A stretch of 64,000 bases of DNA from contig OZ244744.1 of the NCBI GenBank assembly GCA_965219455.1, forward strand, positions 4,768,001 through 4,832,000, given 5' to 3'. This DNA is from Candidatus Latescibacterota bacterium (GTDB taxonomy: Bacteria > Latescibacterota > UBA2968 > GCA-2709665). Each line of letters starts with the position of its first letter. Position 1 is the stretch's first letter. The notes beneath the pieces are model-generated. The model made no database searches. It had not been told where the DNA came from and saw only the letters and a program-made list of their open reading frames with translations. The position numbers were made by a program, and so were the translations under genes. Of the stretch, positions 41,788-51,800 are shown piece after piece.

Positions 41788-44586
41788 CTAATTCGACAAT
41801 TCGATTTGGATCTGATCGGCGATGCCAAGGTCATCCAGAATCTGCCGCAATTCGGTTACTGCGTTCTCAGCGGACCATGAGTCGATGCGCACCGAAAGCT
41901 CAATACGCGAACTAAAGTCCTCTCCGTCGCGCAGTTTTGGGATTAATCTGGTTCCCAGGCGGTTCCAGACTTCGGGGGGAAAGGTGCCAGATAGCCTAAG
42001 GGTTGTTTTCTCGGGGCGTGGACTCGGTTCGGGGCCGGGTACTGGTTCAGGCTCAGGAGTGGGCTCAGGCTCTGGTTGTGGTCCGGGGCCGGGTGGGGGA
42101 AGTGGAGGTCCTTCAGAAGTTTGCTTTAGTCCTTCTGCTTTGGCTTTGGTCAGAAGAAACACATTTGGTTCGAATGCTACTTCCTCGAGTTCGATGGGCT
42201 CCGCGTGCCACAGGCGATCGTATTGACCGTCATCCGTGGGTCCGGAGGCCAGGCCGAAGTCTCCTTTTTTCACGAAATCAACGATCCTACGACGAAGTAT
42301 TGTCTCCGGATCGTCTAATCGAGTCAGCGATCCATCCAGGAAGCTTTGCCGGAGGCTGGTCAGGGGCCACGCCCCGGATTCCGTAAACGCAGGTGGCCAG
42401 TGTCGTTCGATATAACCGGCGCCTACAGACTCGTTCAGGAGTGCCTCCGACTTCAGTGCGCCGACAATTCGCCCGCACAGGGTCTGGCCAGTACTAGCGT
42501 GACCGGCGCCAAGATCTATGATCTTGAGACCCTGTGGTTCACGCGTGTCCGCCAGTGCCACGAAGCGATAGCTCGCCCATACTTCGTCTTTGGCTGCCTC
42601 TTGAGCATCTTTTACCTGTGCGTGAACGCCAGTATAATCCGAACGGTCGAATTCGACGCCGAGTACACCTTCTCTTATTTCGCGTTCAACCCGCTGCCAT
42701 GCGAGCCACAGTTCCACCTTTTGGCGAAGCTCTCGCCCGCGTCTTCGGACGCACCAGACCAGCGAGCCAGGGTAGAGCCTCGGCGAATTGCCCCGTTTCG
42801 TGGTCCAGTCTCGGATGTGCTTTACCACCGCGTCTCCGTCCGGATTTCCACCAGACGAATCTTCCAATTCGGATCCTGGGTCTGCGATTATAAGGGCGAG
42901 GCGAGGCGTATCATGTATATCGGCGCTCTCGTCAGGAAAGCCGACAATCGGGAGACTTGCGCCCGATTTGAACTCATCCGAGATGAGCTTGCGAATTGCC
43001 GGATTGATCTCCTTGTCTTCGTCAAGCGATGCCAACCGGTCGCTAACAACCTTTTTCAATGTCGCCTGGTGATGGATACGATAGCCGTCCGTACCCACCT
43101 TGCGGATGAAGAACCCGGATTTTTCCAGATCCGTCGCGGCAATGTCGATGGTTGCGGTGTCGACTTCGGGCTCTCCCAGAGCAAAGCGCAGCTCCGGAAG
43201 ATGAGCCACCTTATCCACCTGCCCGCCGGATGACTCGAACAGGATAGTTGTGCCCACGCGTCGGTGTATGTCTCGCAGTGCACCCTTTGCGTCCGTATCC
43301 AGTGATCTCGCATGTGACATTGGTCCGGCAAGGTCCGCATCAATTGCCACGTCGAGCCGGGACTCACCCAACTGGCCAAGGACCACGGCCCGAAATTCGG
43401 GCACGTGCAGCGGCGCCGAACCCAGCGTAATCAGGGGCTCTCGACGGGCTCTATTAAACTGTTCGCGTGCGGCCCACGAAACCCACTGCGCCAACATAGC
43501 AAGCGCCCCCCGCGTCTGTTGAAACTGTGGCAGTGCACGCCACTTTCGCTGAAACACTGAAAGGGTAGCGGGATGAAATGGATAGCATGCTTCGAATCGA
43601 CCCCGCAAAAACTCCCTGGCCTTCGCCTCGGTGGTTGCCGTATCTACGGCCAGCCATTCGGAAGGTAAGCGAGCTGTCCGTTCAAAACACCAGTCGGCAT
43701 AGGTTTTGGAAACTTTCGCACGGACACGATCCTTCCCAATGTCTTCGAACAGCCGGCGGCGCACGACCTCGCTGATTTCGGATTCGTCATTGGCGATCAG
43801 GTCGCGGGCGACTCTTCGGACCACCTTTGTGATTCGGTCCTGCCACTGCTGATCCCAATCGGTCATTTCTACCTGGCTGCGCGGCAGACTGATGACCGCA
43901 GCGGCGCGGGTGGTTCCAGTAATTGCGACGGTCAGATTCTGCAAAAATGCGTGGAAACTCTCGGCCATCTTTCGATGTCGGTTGACGAAGTTGAGTACCT
44001 CGTCGAAGAGCAGGAGTACCGGTGCGTCCGCAGCCGCGAATACCTTGCCAAGCGCCTCGGTCCCTGGGGGCGTAGTGCGGGCAGCGGCACCGAGCGCGGC
44101 AACCCCTTTGTCGCCTGCCAACTGTCTCGCCAGATCAATCCATGGCGTCTCCCGGCCTTCCGCTGGATCCCAGGCGTTACCCACGAACACGCCCACCCTG
44201 GCTGAAGGAACTTCCGGTGTCCCGGCCTCGTTCAGGAGACCCGCAACGCCGGGGAATTCGGAGGCCTGTGCTCCCACCTTGGTGATGTGGTATAATGAGG
44301 TTAGCGTATGGGTCTTGCCGCCACCGAATTGGGTGACGAGCGTGAGGACAGGTGCCGTGTTTTCCGTCATCCCGGAAAGGCGCCGAAGCACCATACCTGC
44401 ATGCTCATTCAATGCTCGCGTAAAACATGTGCGCGAGAAAAACTGCGCCGGATCGCTATAGTCTTCCGGCGCGGTTCCCTTGACGACCTGTTCGAGAGCA
44501 ATGGCGAACTCGTCCGGACTGAACGAGCGGCCTTCCCGTACTTCCTTGCGAAGCGTAGTTACTTTGTACCAGGGATCGAGAGCCAT
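41788..44586 (-). CDS. DUF499 family AAA+ ATPase
   Basis: PW..V...R, EFAIAL, TQFGGGKTH, LLFDE, EVVRRRLF, YPFHP, FQQTRG. Confidence 0.9.
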   Translation of the reverse strand: MALDPWYKVTTLRKEVREGRSFSPDEFAIALEQVVKGTAPEDYSDPAQFFSRTCFTRALNEHAGMVLRRLSGMTENTAPVLTLVTQFGGGKTHTLTSLYHITKVGAQASEFPGVAGLLNEAGTPEVPSARVGVFVGNAWDPAEGRETPWIDLARQLAGDKGVAALGAAARTTPPGTEALGKVFAAADAPVLLLFDEVLNFVNRHRKMAESFHAFLQNLTVAITGTTRAAAVISLPRSQVEMTDWDQQWQDRITKVVRRVARDLIANDESEISEVVRRRLFEDIGKDRVRAKVSKTYADWCFERTARLPSEWLAVDTATTEAKAREFLRGRFEACYPFHPATLSVFQRKWRALPQFQQTRGALAMLAQWVSWAAREQFNRARREPLITLGSAPLHVPEFRAVVLGQLGESRLDVAIDADLAGPMSHARSLDTDAKGALRDIHRRVGTTILFESSGGQVDKVAHLPELRFALGEPEVDTATIDIAATDLEKSGFFIRKVGTDGYRIHHQATLKKVVSDRLASLDEDKEINPAIRKLISDEFKSGASLPIVGFPDESADIHDTPRLALIIADPGSELEDSSGGNPDGDAVVKHIRDWTTKRGNSPRLYPGSLVWCVRRRGRELRQKVELWLAWQRVEREIREGVLGVEFDRSDYTGVHAQVKDAQEAAKDEVWASYRFVALADTREPQGLKIIDLGAGHASTGQTLCGRIVGALKSEALLNESVGAGYIERHWPPAFTESGAWPLTSLRQSFLDGSLTRLDDPETILRRRIVDFVKKGDFGLASGPTDDGQYDRLWHAEPIELEEVAFEPNVFLLTKAKAEGLKQTSEGPPLPPPGPGPQPEPEPTPEPEPVPGPEPSPRPEKTTLRLSGTFPPEVWNRLGTRLIPKLRDGEDFSSRIELSVRIDSWSAENAVTELRQILDDLGIADQIQIELSN

Positions 44587-44794
44587 TTTACGGAACCTAT
44601 CTATTTTGGAATTCGCTATGAGCTAAGTGGAATCATTTCAGCCGAGGTACTCAAACACTGGGGGCTAAATCATCGCGGAGCCACAAAGCGACGAAATGTC
44701 TCGATTAATTCATCCCGATCAGTTCAGGCCTTTTTTGCGGCTTATTGTGTTGCGACGTTTTAATTCGGTAACCAGGATCGCTAGGCGCTTTGGG

Positions 44795-45760
44795 TTAAGG
44801 CTTTCGCATACGATTGAACAATTCAAGCGACGACTGCTTCAGGCGCGCCAGATGCGCATATGCAACTGGCGCGAAATTGTCGCTTGAATTGTACATACGG
44901 TATCGCACGCCATCGGTTACAACTACATCACACGAGACCCCAAGATCGGACACATAACAGGTAGCCTGCCTGAGTGCGCCTTCGACTCCCGCGCCAAGGC
45001 GTTTGGCTTCTATCAAAAATTGGCAATGCCCTGGCGTCCTGGGCAGTTTGGTGAATACATATACGTCTATATTTCGCCATTTTACGGCGATTCTTTCGAC
45101 CGGCCAACCCAAGGCGCGCAGAAAAGGAACGACGTAGTGTGCGACCAATTCGTCCTCAGTGGGACGATCCCCGAAGGCTTTCACATCCACATAAAGTCTG
45201 GATAGATCATGGATTTGGGAAACGACTTCCCGCAACTCGTCGGGCACCGAAGCGAGGCCGGCTTCCTCCTTCGGCAGGTTCGGCAAATTGCCAGTCTGCC
45301 AGGCTGTTGGTGGAGACTGAATAAACCGATTTGCATAAGCGACAACCTCTGTAACCTGGACACGGGACAGACGGGACGGACTCGCACCGAACACGGGTGT
45401 CGCAAATTCGTACGGTTCCGGGAGCTCCGCCCACCTGACACGTCGTGCGTGTTGGAGGTCCCAGCCATTAACGTCGTCGAACTGTGGCAGGTATACGTAA
45501 TCACCTGCGACTCGGCCGACCGCTCGTATTGTCTTCAATCCCGATCGAAGCAGCAACACGTCGCCATTTCGCAGCTCGGACGCGAACCGGCGGATAAACC
45601 CACCACCGAAATCCTCATCTAATCGAGAACAGCTCCAACTCCCAGCGTCCCCAGGGCCTATCAACGCGACGCCAAATTCCAAAAACAGATCGCCGTAGGT
45701 GCGGTTGGCAGGACCGGCGGATACTTGCCAGATTGCGAAGCCGCTGTCTGCGAACGCCAT
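44795..45760 (-). CDS. Putative restriction endonuclease: EVE/PUA-like N-domain + HsdR_N-like PD-(D/E)XK domain
   Basis: GD.LLL.SG..I.AVG.V.GDY...RRVRW; TEDE...PFLRALGW...D...IEAK...Q...Y...VVTDG. Confidence 0.7.
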   Translation of the reverse strand: MAFADSGFAIWQVSAGPANRTYGDLFLEFGVALIGPGDAGSWSCSRLDEDFGGGFIRRFASELRNGDVLLLRSGLKTIRAVGRVAGDYVYLPQFDDVNGWDLQHARRVRWAELPEPYEFATPVFGASPSRLSRVQVTEVVAYANRFIQSPPTAWQTGNLPNLPKEEAGLASVPDELREVVSQIHDLSRLYVDVKAFGDRPTEDELVAHYVVPFLRALGWPVERIAVKWRNIDVYVFTKLPRTPGHCQFLIEAKRLGAGVEGALRQATCYVSDLGVSCDVVVTDGVRYRMYNSSDNFAPVAYAHLARLKQSSLELFNRMRKP

Positions 45761-45764
45761 GCCA

Positions 45765-48704
45765 TCACCTCGGAACCGCTAAAAGCATGGCGTCCAACAG
45801 GCGTTTTTCGTTACAACCTCTAGGATAGAGGGCGGACAATGCATTTGCAAGTCGAAGGAAGTCAGGGCCGCGCTCCTGCTCGGCGCCGATCAGTTCCCTC
45901 AGCGCGTTGGCGTGGCCGCTCGACTGAAACAGCATGGCGGCGTGAACTCGGTCAAGGGTAGTGTCGCCAGGCGTCCGATCAGAGTGGTCGTCGGATAGCA
46001 CACCGTATCTCGGCCGAGACTCCCGAACTAGAGGTGGCGCGTGCTCGTCCAAATCCGGAAAGAGCTTCTGTTGAACATCGGTATGGGGATCACGTTCGAT
46101 ACGATCAGCCACCCCGGCAGCGCCGTCCGCGCCAAATAGTTTCCTTGCACGCTCAGTCACAGGCAGCAGGCGTACGACGCCCTTTTCTTGGCCGACAATC
46201 CGATCTGTCCAGGAATCGAGATTAATGCCCATGGGCTGAGCAAAGCGCCGCACAACGTCAAACGGCAGGCTAAATCCCTTTGCAGCAACTGTGGCGGTGG
46301 CTTCCTGCGCTGCTTTTTCCGGTTTGCTGTTCTCTGTACGCGTGTCCGTGCTCTGAAGCGTCCAGAGGAAGAGCGCGGTCAAGCGCGCATCTTCTTCTAT
46401 CGCGCCAGCCTGAGCAGTGCCAAGAATCTGACGCAGCGCGGTGCGGCCGACTACTTCCCAGACCTTCTCGAGGTACTCAGGTAGTTCGACGGTATTACCC
46501 TCGGCGGTTTCGACGGCGCGGTAACGACTGAATATCTCCAACGCTGGTCCGATACAGGCAAACACCAGGTCCGCGCCACGAATACCCTCGCTCTGCAAGC
46601 GTTCAATCCATTCGCTGACGCGGTCCGGCAGTTCCCATAGCACATCGGCCCAGTCACCGACGGGCGCACTCTCGGACCGCGGGCGGCAGATCAGATGGAT
46701 GCTGGTGGCGAGGGATGCCGTGTCGCGTGCGTTGAGTCGGGACCCTCTCTCGGTTGCAATTGGCCAGGAGCCTGTAATTGTCCAACCTCCCCGAATCATT
46801 CCGGAAAGTAGCGCCTCCCAGCCCTCGGTGGTTTTGTGAGCGAATACGACGGAGCCAACACCATCCTCGTGTAGGACACGGCGGCCCTCGGTGAAGGCAT
46901 CTACCATTCTCGATTCATAGAATCGGTGATTTTTTGCGCTGCCGTTGACGAGGCGAGCTGGATCCTGAATTGCTTCTCCGTCCTTGGGCGAAAGCGGATT
47001 GGTTGGATCGAAAATATCCCGCAGCAATGGGTGTTTGGGCAGTGCGCGTTTGAGCCAAACGAGAAAGAAGTCTGAGAGGTCTGCATAGGCGATAGCGTCG
47101 TAGTAAGGCGGATCGGTAAACCAGACGCTCGCTGCTTGGTCGGGTAGCGGATGGTCAGTGGAATCGGCCTGATGGGCTTGGCCTAAGGCCGAACCCGGCC
47201 AGTTCTCGATTACTTTGGCGATCCACTCAATAGCAGCGCCAAAATTCGCCGCATAGTCACCGGTTGGTACGATTTCGCAATAGTCCCATACAATCGGCAA
47301 CGCTTGACGTCCAAACGTGCTGGCTATTGCTTCGATAGTTTCGAGCCAACGGACCAGACTGGAGAGTTGGTCAGCCGACCTACCGACAGCGAGGGCCAGC
47401 AGTGGTGTCGTGGTGACGGAGTTGCCGGCGAGATTACTTCCCAACTGCATCAACGCCACCTTCTGCCGTGCCGTGAAGAGATCGCCCCACGTATTCATTC
47501 CATAGAGCAATACCCGGAAGCCTGAACTACCCCTTTGCCGTTCAATTGGCAACGGCTCATCCGGCACCGGGCAAAGACCCTGTTTCCCGTGCCGCGCCCA
47601 CTCGCCGAGGATGTCTGCCAGCCGGGCTTGCGCCCGACGCACCGCCTCGTAGTCCGCATCCGTCGGCAGCCGATAGTGCCGTCCGGACTGCCCTGGCTTG
47701 AGCGTCACAACCGTGGTCATCCGCGCCCCGCCCGTCCGCTCCCCGTCCGCGTCGAAAATTACATCCGCGCCGCCCCGCTCGTCCGAAAGCTGCGCCCGCA
47801 CCCGCTCCGGCGGCAGCACCGTACCGCAGCACAGGCAAGTCGCCCGCGCCCGGGTCACCGTGCCGCCGCGCACCTCTCTATCCGCCTGCGGCTCGAATAC
47901 CTCGAACTCGACGCTCGGCTGCTTTCCCTCACAACGCTCGACCCGATGCCGCAATGCACGTTTGCGCTTGGCCTTCTTGCACAGCCAGAACGAACGCATC
48001 AGTGGAATCTTCGCGCCGCAGTTGGGCGCTTCGCAGCGCACCGTGCGCACCCACAAATAGGCGATAGGCGTCGCCCCGTCCGGGTCCTTGGGATACAGAT
48101 CTGCCAACTCTAGCTTCGCCTGCCGTTTAATCTCGCCCCCGACGCGGCGCAACTCCTCGGCCAGCCCCGGCCCGTGGCGCGGAATGTCCACCAGCATCAC
48201 TTTGAGAATCAGGCACGCCACCGGATTTAGATCGCTTGCGAAGGTATTGCAGCCCAGCCGCAGCGCCTCCAACGGAATCGAGCCCCCGCCGGCAAACGGA
48301 TCCACTACGAGCGGCGGATCTTCGCCATGCGCCGCTTTGACAAGCGCCCGGCTAACGTCCAAGTGGCTGCGTTTTGCGGCATTGTCCCAGTTGGCGAAGT
48401 TAGCAATAAACTTTAACAAACCCCGCTTCAGCCCCGAATCTGTCTCTCCTCGCCCGCAGCCGACGGAAGGTAGCAGTTTGCGCGCCGTTTCCTTAAACGC
48501 CTCTGGACAGTGTGCGTCGCACGGGTCTGGGAGCAGCAATGCCATAAGTACGGCCCGCGAAGAAGCCAACGGCCGCCGCGCCCACCACAGGTGTAATGTC
48601 GAGGGATGCCCATGCCGAATCGACTTCTCTCTAGCCGCGTGCCGTGACACTTCGGCAATGGGGAAGTCCACCTCGGCGAGACGTTTACATTCGCGTGGGA
48701 TCAA
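45765..48704 (-). CDS. DUF1156 adenine-specific DNA methyltransferase with Zn ribbon
   Basis: LHLWWARRPLA, DPFAGGGSIPLEA, CxxxxC/CxxC, TDPPYYD. Confidence 0.92.
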   Translation of the reverse strand: MIPRECKRLAEVDFPIAEVSRHAAREKSIRHGHPSTLHLWWARRPLASSRAVLMALLLPDPCDAHCPEAFKETARKLLPSVGCGRGETDSGLKRGLLKFIANFANWDNAAKRSHLDVSRALVKAAHGEDPPLVVDPFAGGGSIPLEALRLGCNTFASDLNPVACLILKVMLVDIPRHGPGLAEELRRVGGEIKRQAKLELADLYPKDPDGATPIAYLWVRTVRCEAPNCGAKIPLMRSFWLCKKAKRKRALRHRVERCEGKQPSVEFEVFEPQADREVRGGTVTRARATCLCCGTVLPPERVRAQLSDERGGADVIFDADGERTGGARMTTVVTLKPGQSGRHYRLPTDADYEAVRRAQARLADILGEWARHGKQGLCPVPDEPLPIERQRGSSGFRVLLYGMNTWGDLFTARQKVALMQLGSNLAGNSVTTTPLLALAVGRSADQLSSLVRWLETIEAIASTFGRQALPIVWDYCEIVPTGDYAANFGAAIEWIAKVIENWPGSALGQAHQADSTDHPLPDQAASVWFTDPPYYDAIAYADLSDFFLVWLKRALPKHPLLRDIFDPTNPLSPKDGEAIQDPARLVNGSAKNHRFYESRMVDAFTEGRRVLHEDGVGSVVFAHKTTEGWEALLSGMIRGGWTITGSWPIATERGSRLNARDTASLATSIHLICRPRSESAPVGDWADVLWELPDRVSEWIERLQSEGIRGADLVFACIGPALEIFSRYRAVETAEGNTVELPEYLEKVWEVVGRTALRQILGTAQAGAIEEDARLTALFLWTLQSTDTRTENSKPEKAAQEATATVAAKGFSLPFDVVRRFAQPMGINLDSWTDRIVGQEKGVVRLLPVTERARKLFGADGAAGVADRIERDPHTDVQQKLFPDLDEHAPPLVRESRPRYGVLSDDHSDRTPGDTTLDRVHAAMLFQSSGHANALRELIGAEQERGPDFLRLANALSALYPRGCNEKRLLDAMLLAVPR

Positions 48705-48859
48705 GGTTCGCGTTCCTCCGCACAGAGAAGGATGGTTTCGAAGAAATCTACCGCATCCCGATACACACGTAATGCGACTGACCGAGCGATACCGAGTTGT
48801 TGACTGTCGGCTTGTCGTTGCTCCGGGACGGACAGAGTATGGAGTGCGGCCAACTTAGC

Positions 48860-51800
48860 TCACTTCGCGTGCGATTCTTCATCCCTTGCCATAGCCTTAA
48901 GGCTACGACGGTACGTCGATCCCAGAGGGGAGTCGGCGGCCTCGGAAGTTGCAAGAAGAAGCTTCGCGACAAAGCGCCGATCATCGTCCGGTATCGCCAG
49001 AACTTCCTTAATAGGGGGCACAGTTTGTCGTGGTCTTGTAAGGCGAAACGACTCTACAGCTATTATTCGCTTCCATCCAGACCTCTGCCAAGCGGCGACG
49101 CGGGTCATAAGGAGACCCTTGAACCTAGATTGGTTTGTCCACTCGAAGAAACGCAGCCCTGCCATCCAAAAGTCATACGGTATTATGTGCTCGCTTCCAA
49201 CAAGCGCTTTGACGATTGTTACGACAGTTTGATCCAGTTCCTCGACTAACGATGGCTTGTCGTTCCAGTAATCGAATACCGGTTTACCAGGAAACGGGCC
49301 TCTGAATCGATCCTCCAGGCAGGATTCAAGCTTCCTCATCGCCTCCGGTTGGTTTTCCGTGGCGGAGTGGATGCCATAACCTATTATAGCATCTCTTGCC
49401 GCCTGTCCGGCTATAGTATCAAATAGCCCGTTCTTGTCTAATGCCGGGATCTGCCCTCTTTCCGGTGCCAACAGATCGAACGGCTCGCGAAGTCGGCCGG
49501 TGTTCTTTGACAAGTAGACGGCGGATTCGACGTACGAAATGAAGTGATCCGAAAATCTCAAAGCGTCAAGCCTATCGATATCTGCTTGTACAATCTTTGT
49601 GCGCAACTCCACTTCCATTAGCGGGATCGAATCTTTAACCAGCAGTTGGCCAAGTTTATCAGTGATTCCAGCTTCGATGCCGGCCGCGATTTCCGCCCTG
49701 GCCAACATGTACCAAGCAATATCAATGTGTGCAAGTGGATGTTCCCGGATTGCAGGCGAGGGGCCGGGATTGCTGCAGCAACCCGCCTCCATTCCAATTT
49801 CCGGCCGGGCGATCTTGACTTCGCTTCCCTCGATGCGGGATTGTGCCCAGAGTACGGTTTGGCGAATGACAAGGTGGCAGTACTTCGCGTGCAATGTCAC
49901 CTCTGGGTCGACGTGCGCCAAGGCTTTTAACGCGGCTGCCAGGCGCTTTAGCGCTTGGCCCACATTTCCGGCCTTGAGGGCGGCCACCGCCGAATCGGCA
50001 CCCAAGCCGATCGCGATGACGTACATGATATCGTCCTCGGCTAGTTTGGCAGCACTCTGTGCGTATAGGAACCAGATTTCTGCTGGCGACCATTCGTCGC
50101 ATTCTGCCGCGCTGATGGCCGCCTTGCGCAACAAGAAGGCACGCTCTGCCGGATCGGTCCCGTCAACCTGATCCACGATACAACGATAGATTTCAAAGGC
50201 GTTCCTGTCTTCACCATGGCGCCAGTGAATGTTGGCTAAGGCGCAACGAAGGATCTGATCGTCGCCCAGGGCCGCTGCCGCCTCTTTGAGTAACGCCACG
50301 GCACAGTCTCTGTCGTTCTGATACTCATCCAAGATTACTGCTTGGGCCACCGAACATTGGAGGGAGAGGGAGCGGATGCCCCAGTTCCTCGTCGTCTCCG
50401 CCATCCGCTGGTACCGCATCGTGGCGTCGGTCGCGTCGAAATCCTTACGACTCTGCTGGGTAGCCCAAGGCCCGTTTATGAACACGGAATAATCGTAAAG
50501 AGTTCCATCCATTTGTGTTAGCAACAGCGCTCGCTCGCTCGCATTGAGTTTGTCGAGTTCGTTGATGATATGCTCAAGTCGTTCTATTGAAGTGAGACCG
50601 GCACTTCCGGTTCTAAACAGCACCCCAAAGAAGTCTGAGCCAGTCGCGTCGGACATGGAAGAGGCAATAGTGTTTCGCAAAAACGCATTGGTCTTTTCCA
50701 TGGTCTTGCAACGGAGTAAAAGTGTGACCCAATTATCAAGATAGTTCGCAACACCGATTGTGCCGAGCACGGTGATGACGGCCATCGCTTCAAGGGCGCG
50801 CTTCCGCTTGCCCTGCGGCAAATCGCCAATCTCCTTAAAAAGGGCCGCCGCAATGTCGGAGACCTCGTTTCCTTCGCCGGCAGAAGCCGCGAGCTTGAAT
50901 TGCGCGAGCCGAAGAGAGCCGGAGACCAAAGGGTCGTCAGCGTAGATCAGCACGTCTGCTCGCGAGAAACGTAATAGTAATAGCTGTTCCGCAAGCATAT
51001 CGAGTGTGCGAGGGTCAGACGACAGCACACCCTGTGCAACCGCAAACAGGCTATGCGTTGATTTGCCTAACATCGCATGCGCCAAGATTGTGTCCGCATT
51101 GCTCGCATCGATCGTACGTTTTCTGAGCATCTGGGTCGCGAGGGTTTCATGAATACGTTGTTGGATATTGGTAGGCAACATATGACGCCCAATGGTAGTC
51201 GCAAGCGGTGAGACCCGGAACATATCTTGGCCGACGGCTTCGATCCACGGACCGATTAGCTGGTCCATGCATTCTCCGGTTTGCGCAAGTGTTGGTCGAA
51301 TCTCCCCCAGGGCCAACGCCATCGATCGATTGAAGCGTCCGATTGTAAGACTGAGTCGATACAGGAGGTTCCGTGTTCCCTCGGGAAGCCGCGAAACCAA
51401 ACCCCGTCGAACTTCGTCGCGAGTCTCGTCGATATCTTCGGATGACATACCACGATTAACGATGTCTCTAAATTCCCCAGCTGGCCATCCCCTGGCCGCC
51501 ATTCCAATTACGAAAGCGTGAGTTAATTGCGGATGGCCAGAAGCTCCGGCGATATAGGCGAGTTTACCCCATCTATTTGGATTACCTCCATTCTTAATGA
51601 CGAGCGAACAAACCTCCTTCTCGGAAAAGTATGGACATTCTACGACACAGCCTTGATTGAGGCCAATACGGCCCAACGTAGCCGAGGAAGGGCGCCGGTG
51701 GCATGTAATGATCACACCGAGATTGTGCCGCCGCGAAGCTTCAATAACACGCGCTAGCGACAACGTAACTTGCGTGTCGTCGACATGGTCTAGGTCGTCG

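Noticed and set aside
41788-48704. BREX system
   Set aside because: No PglZ, BrxA/B or BrxL in the window; the gene set fits the DUF499/DUF1156/SNF2 restriction-like type better.
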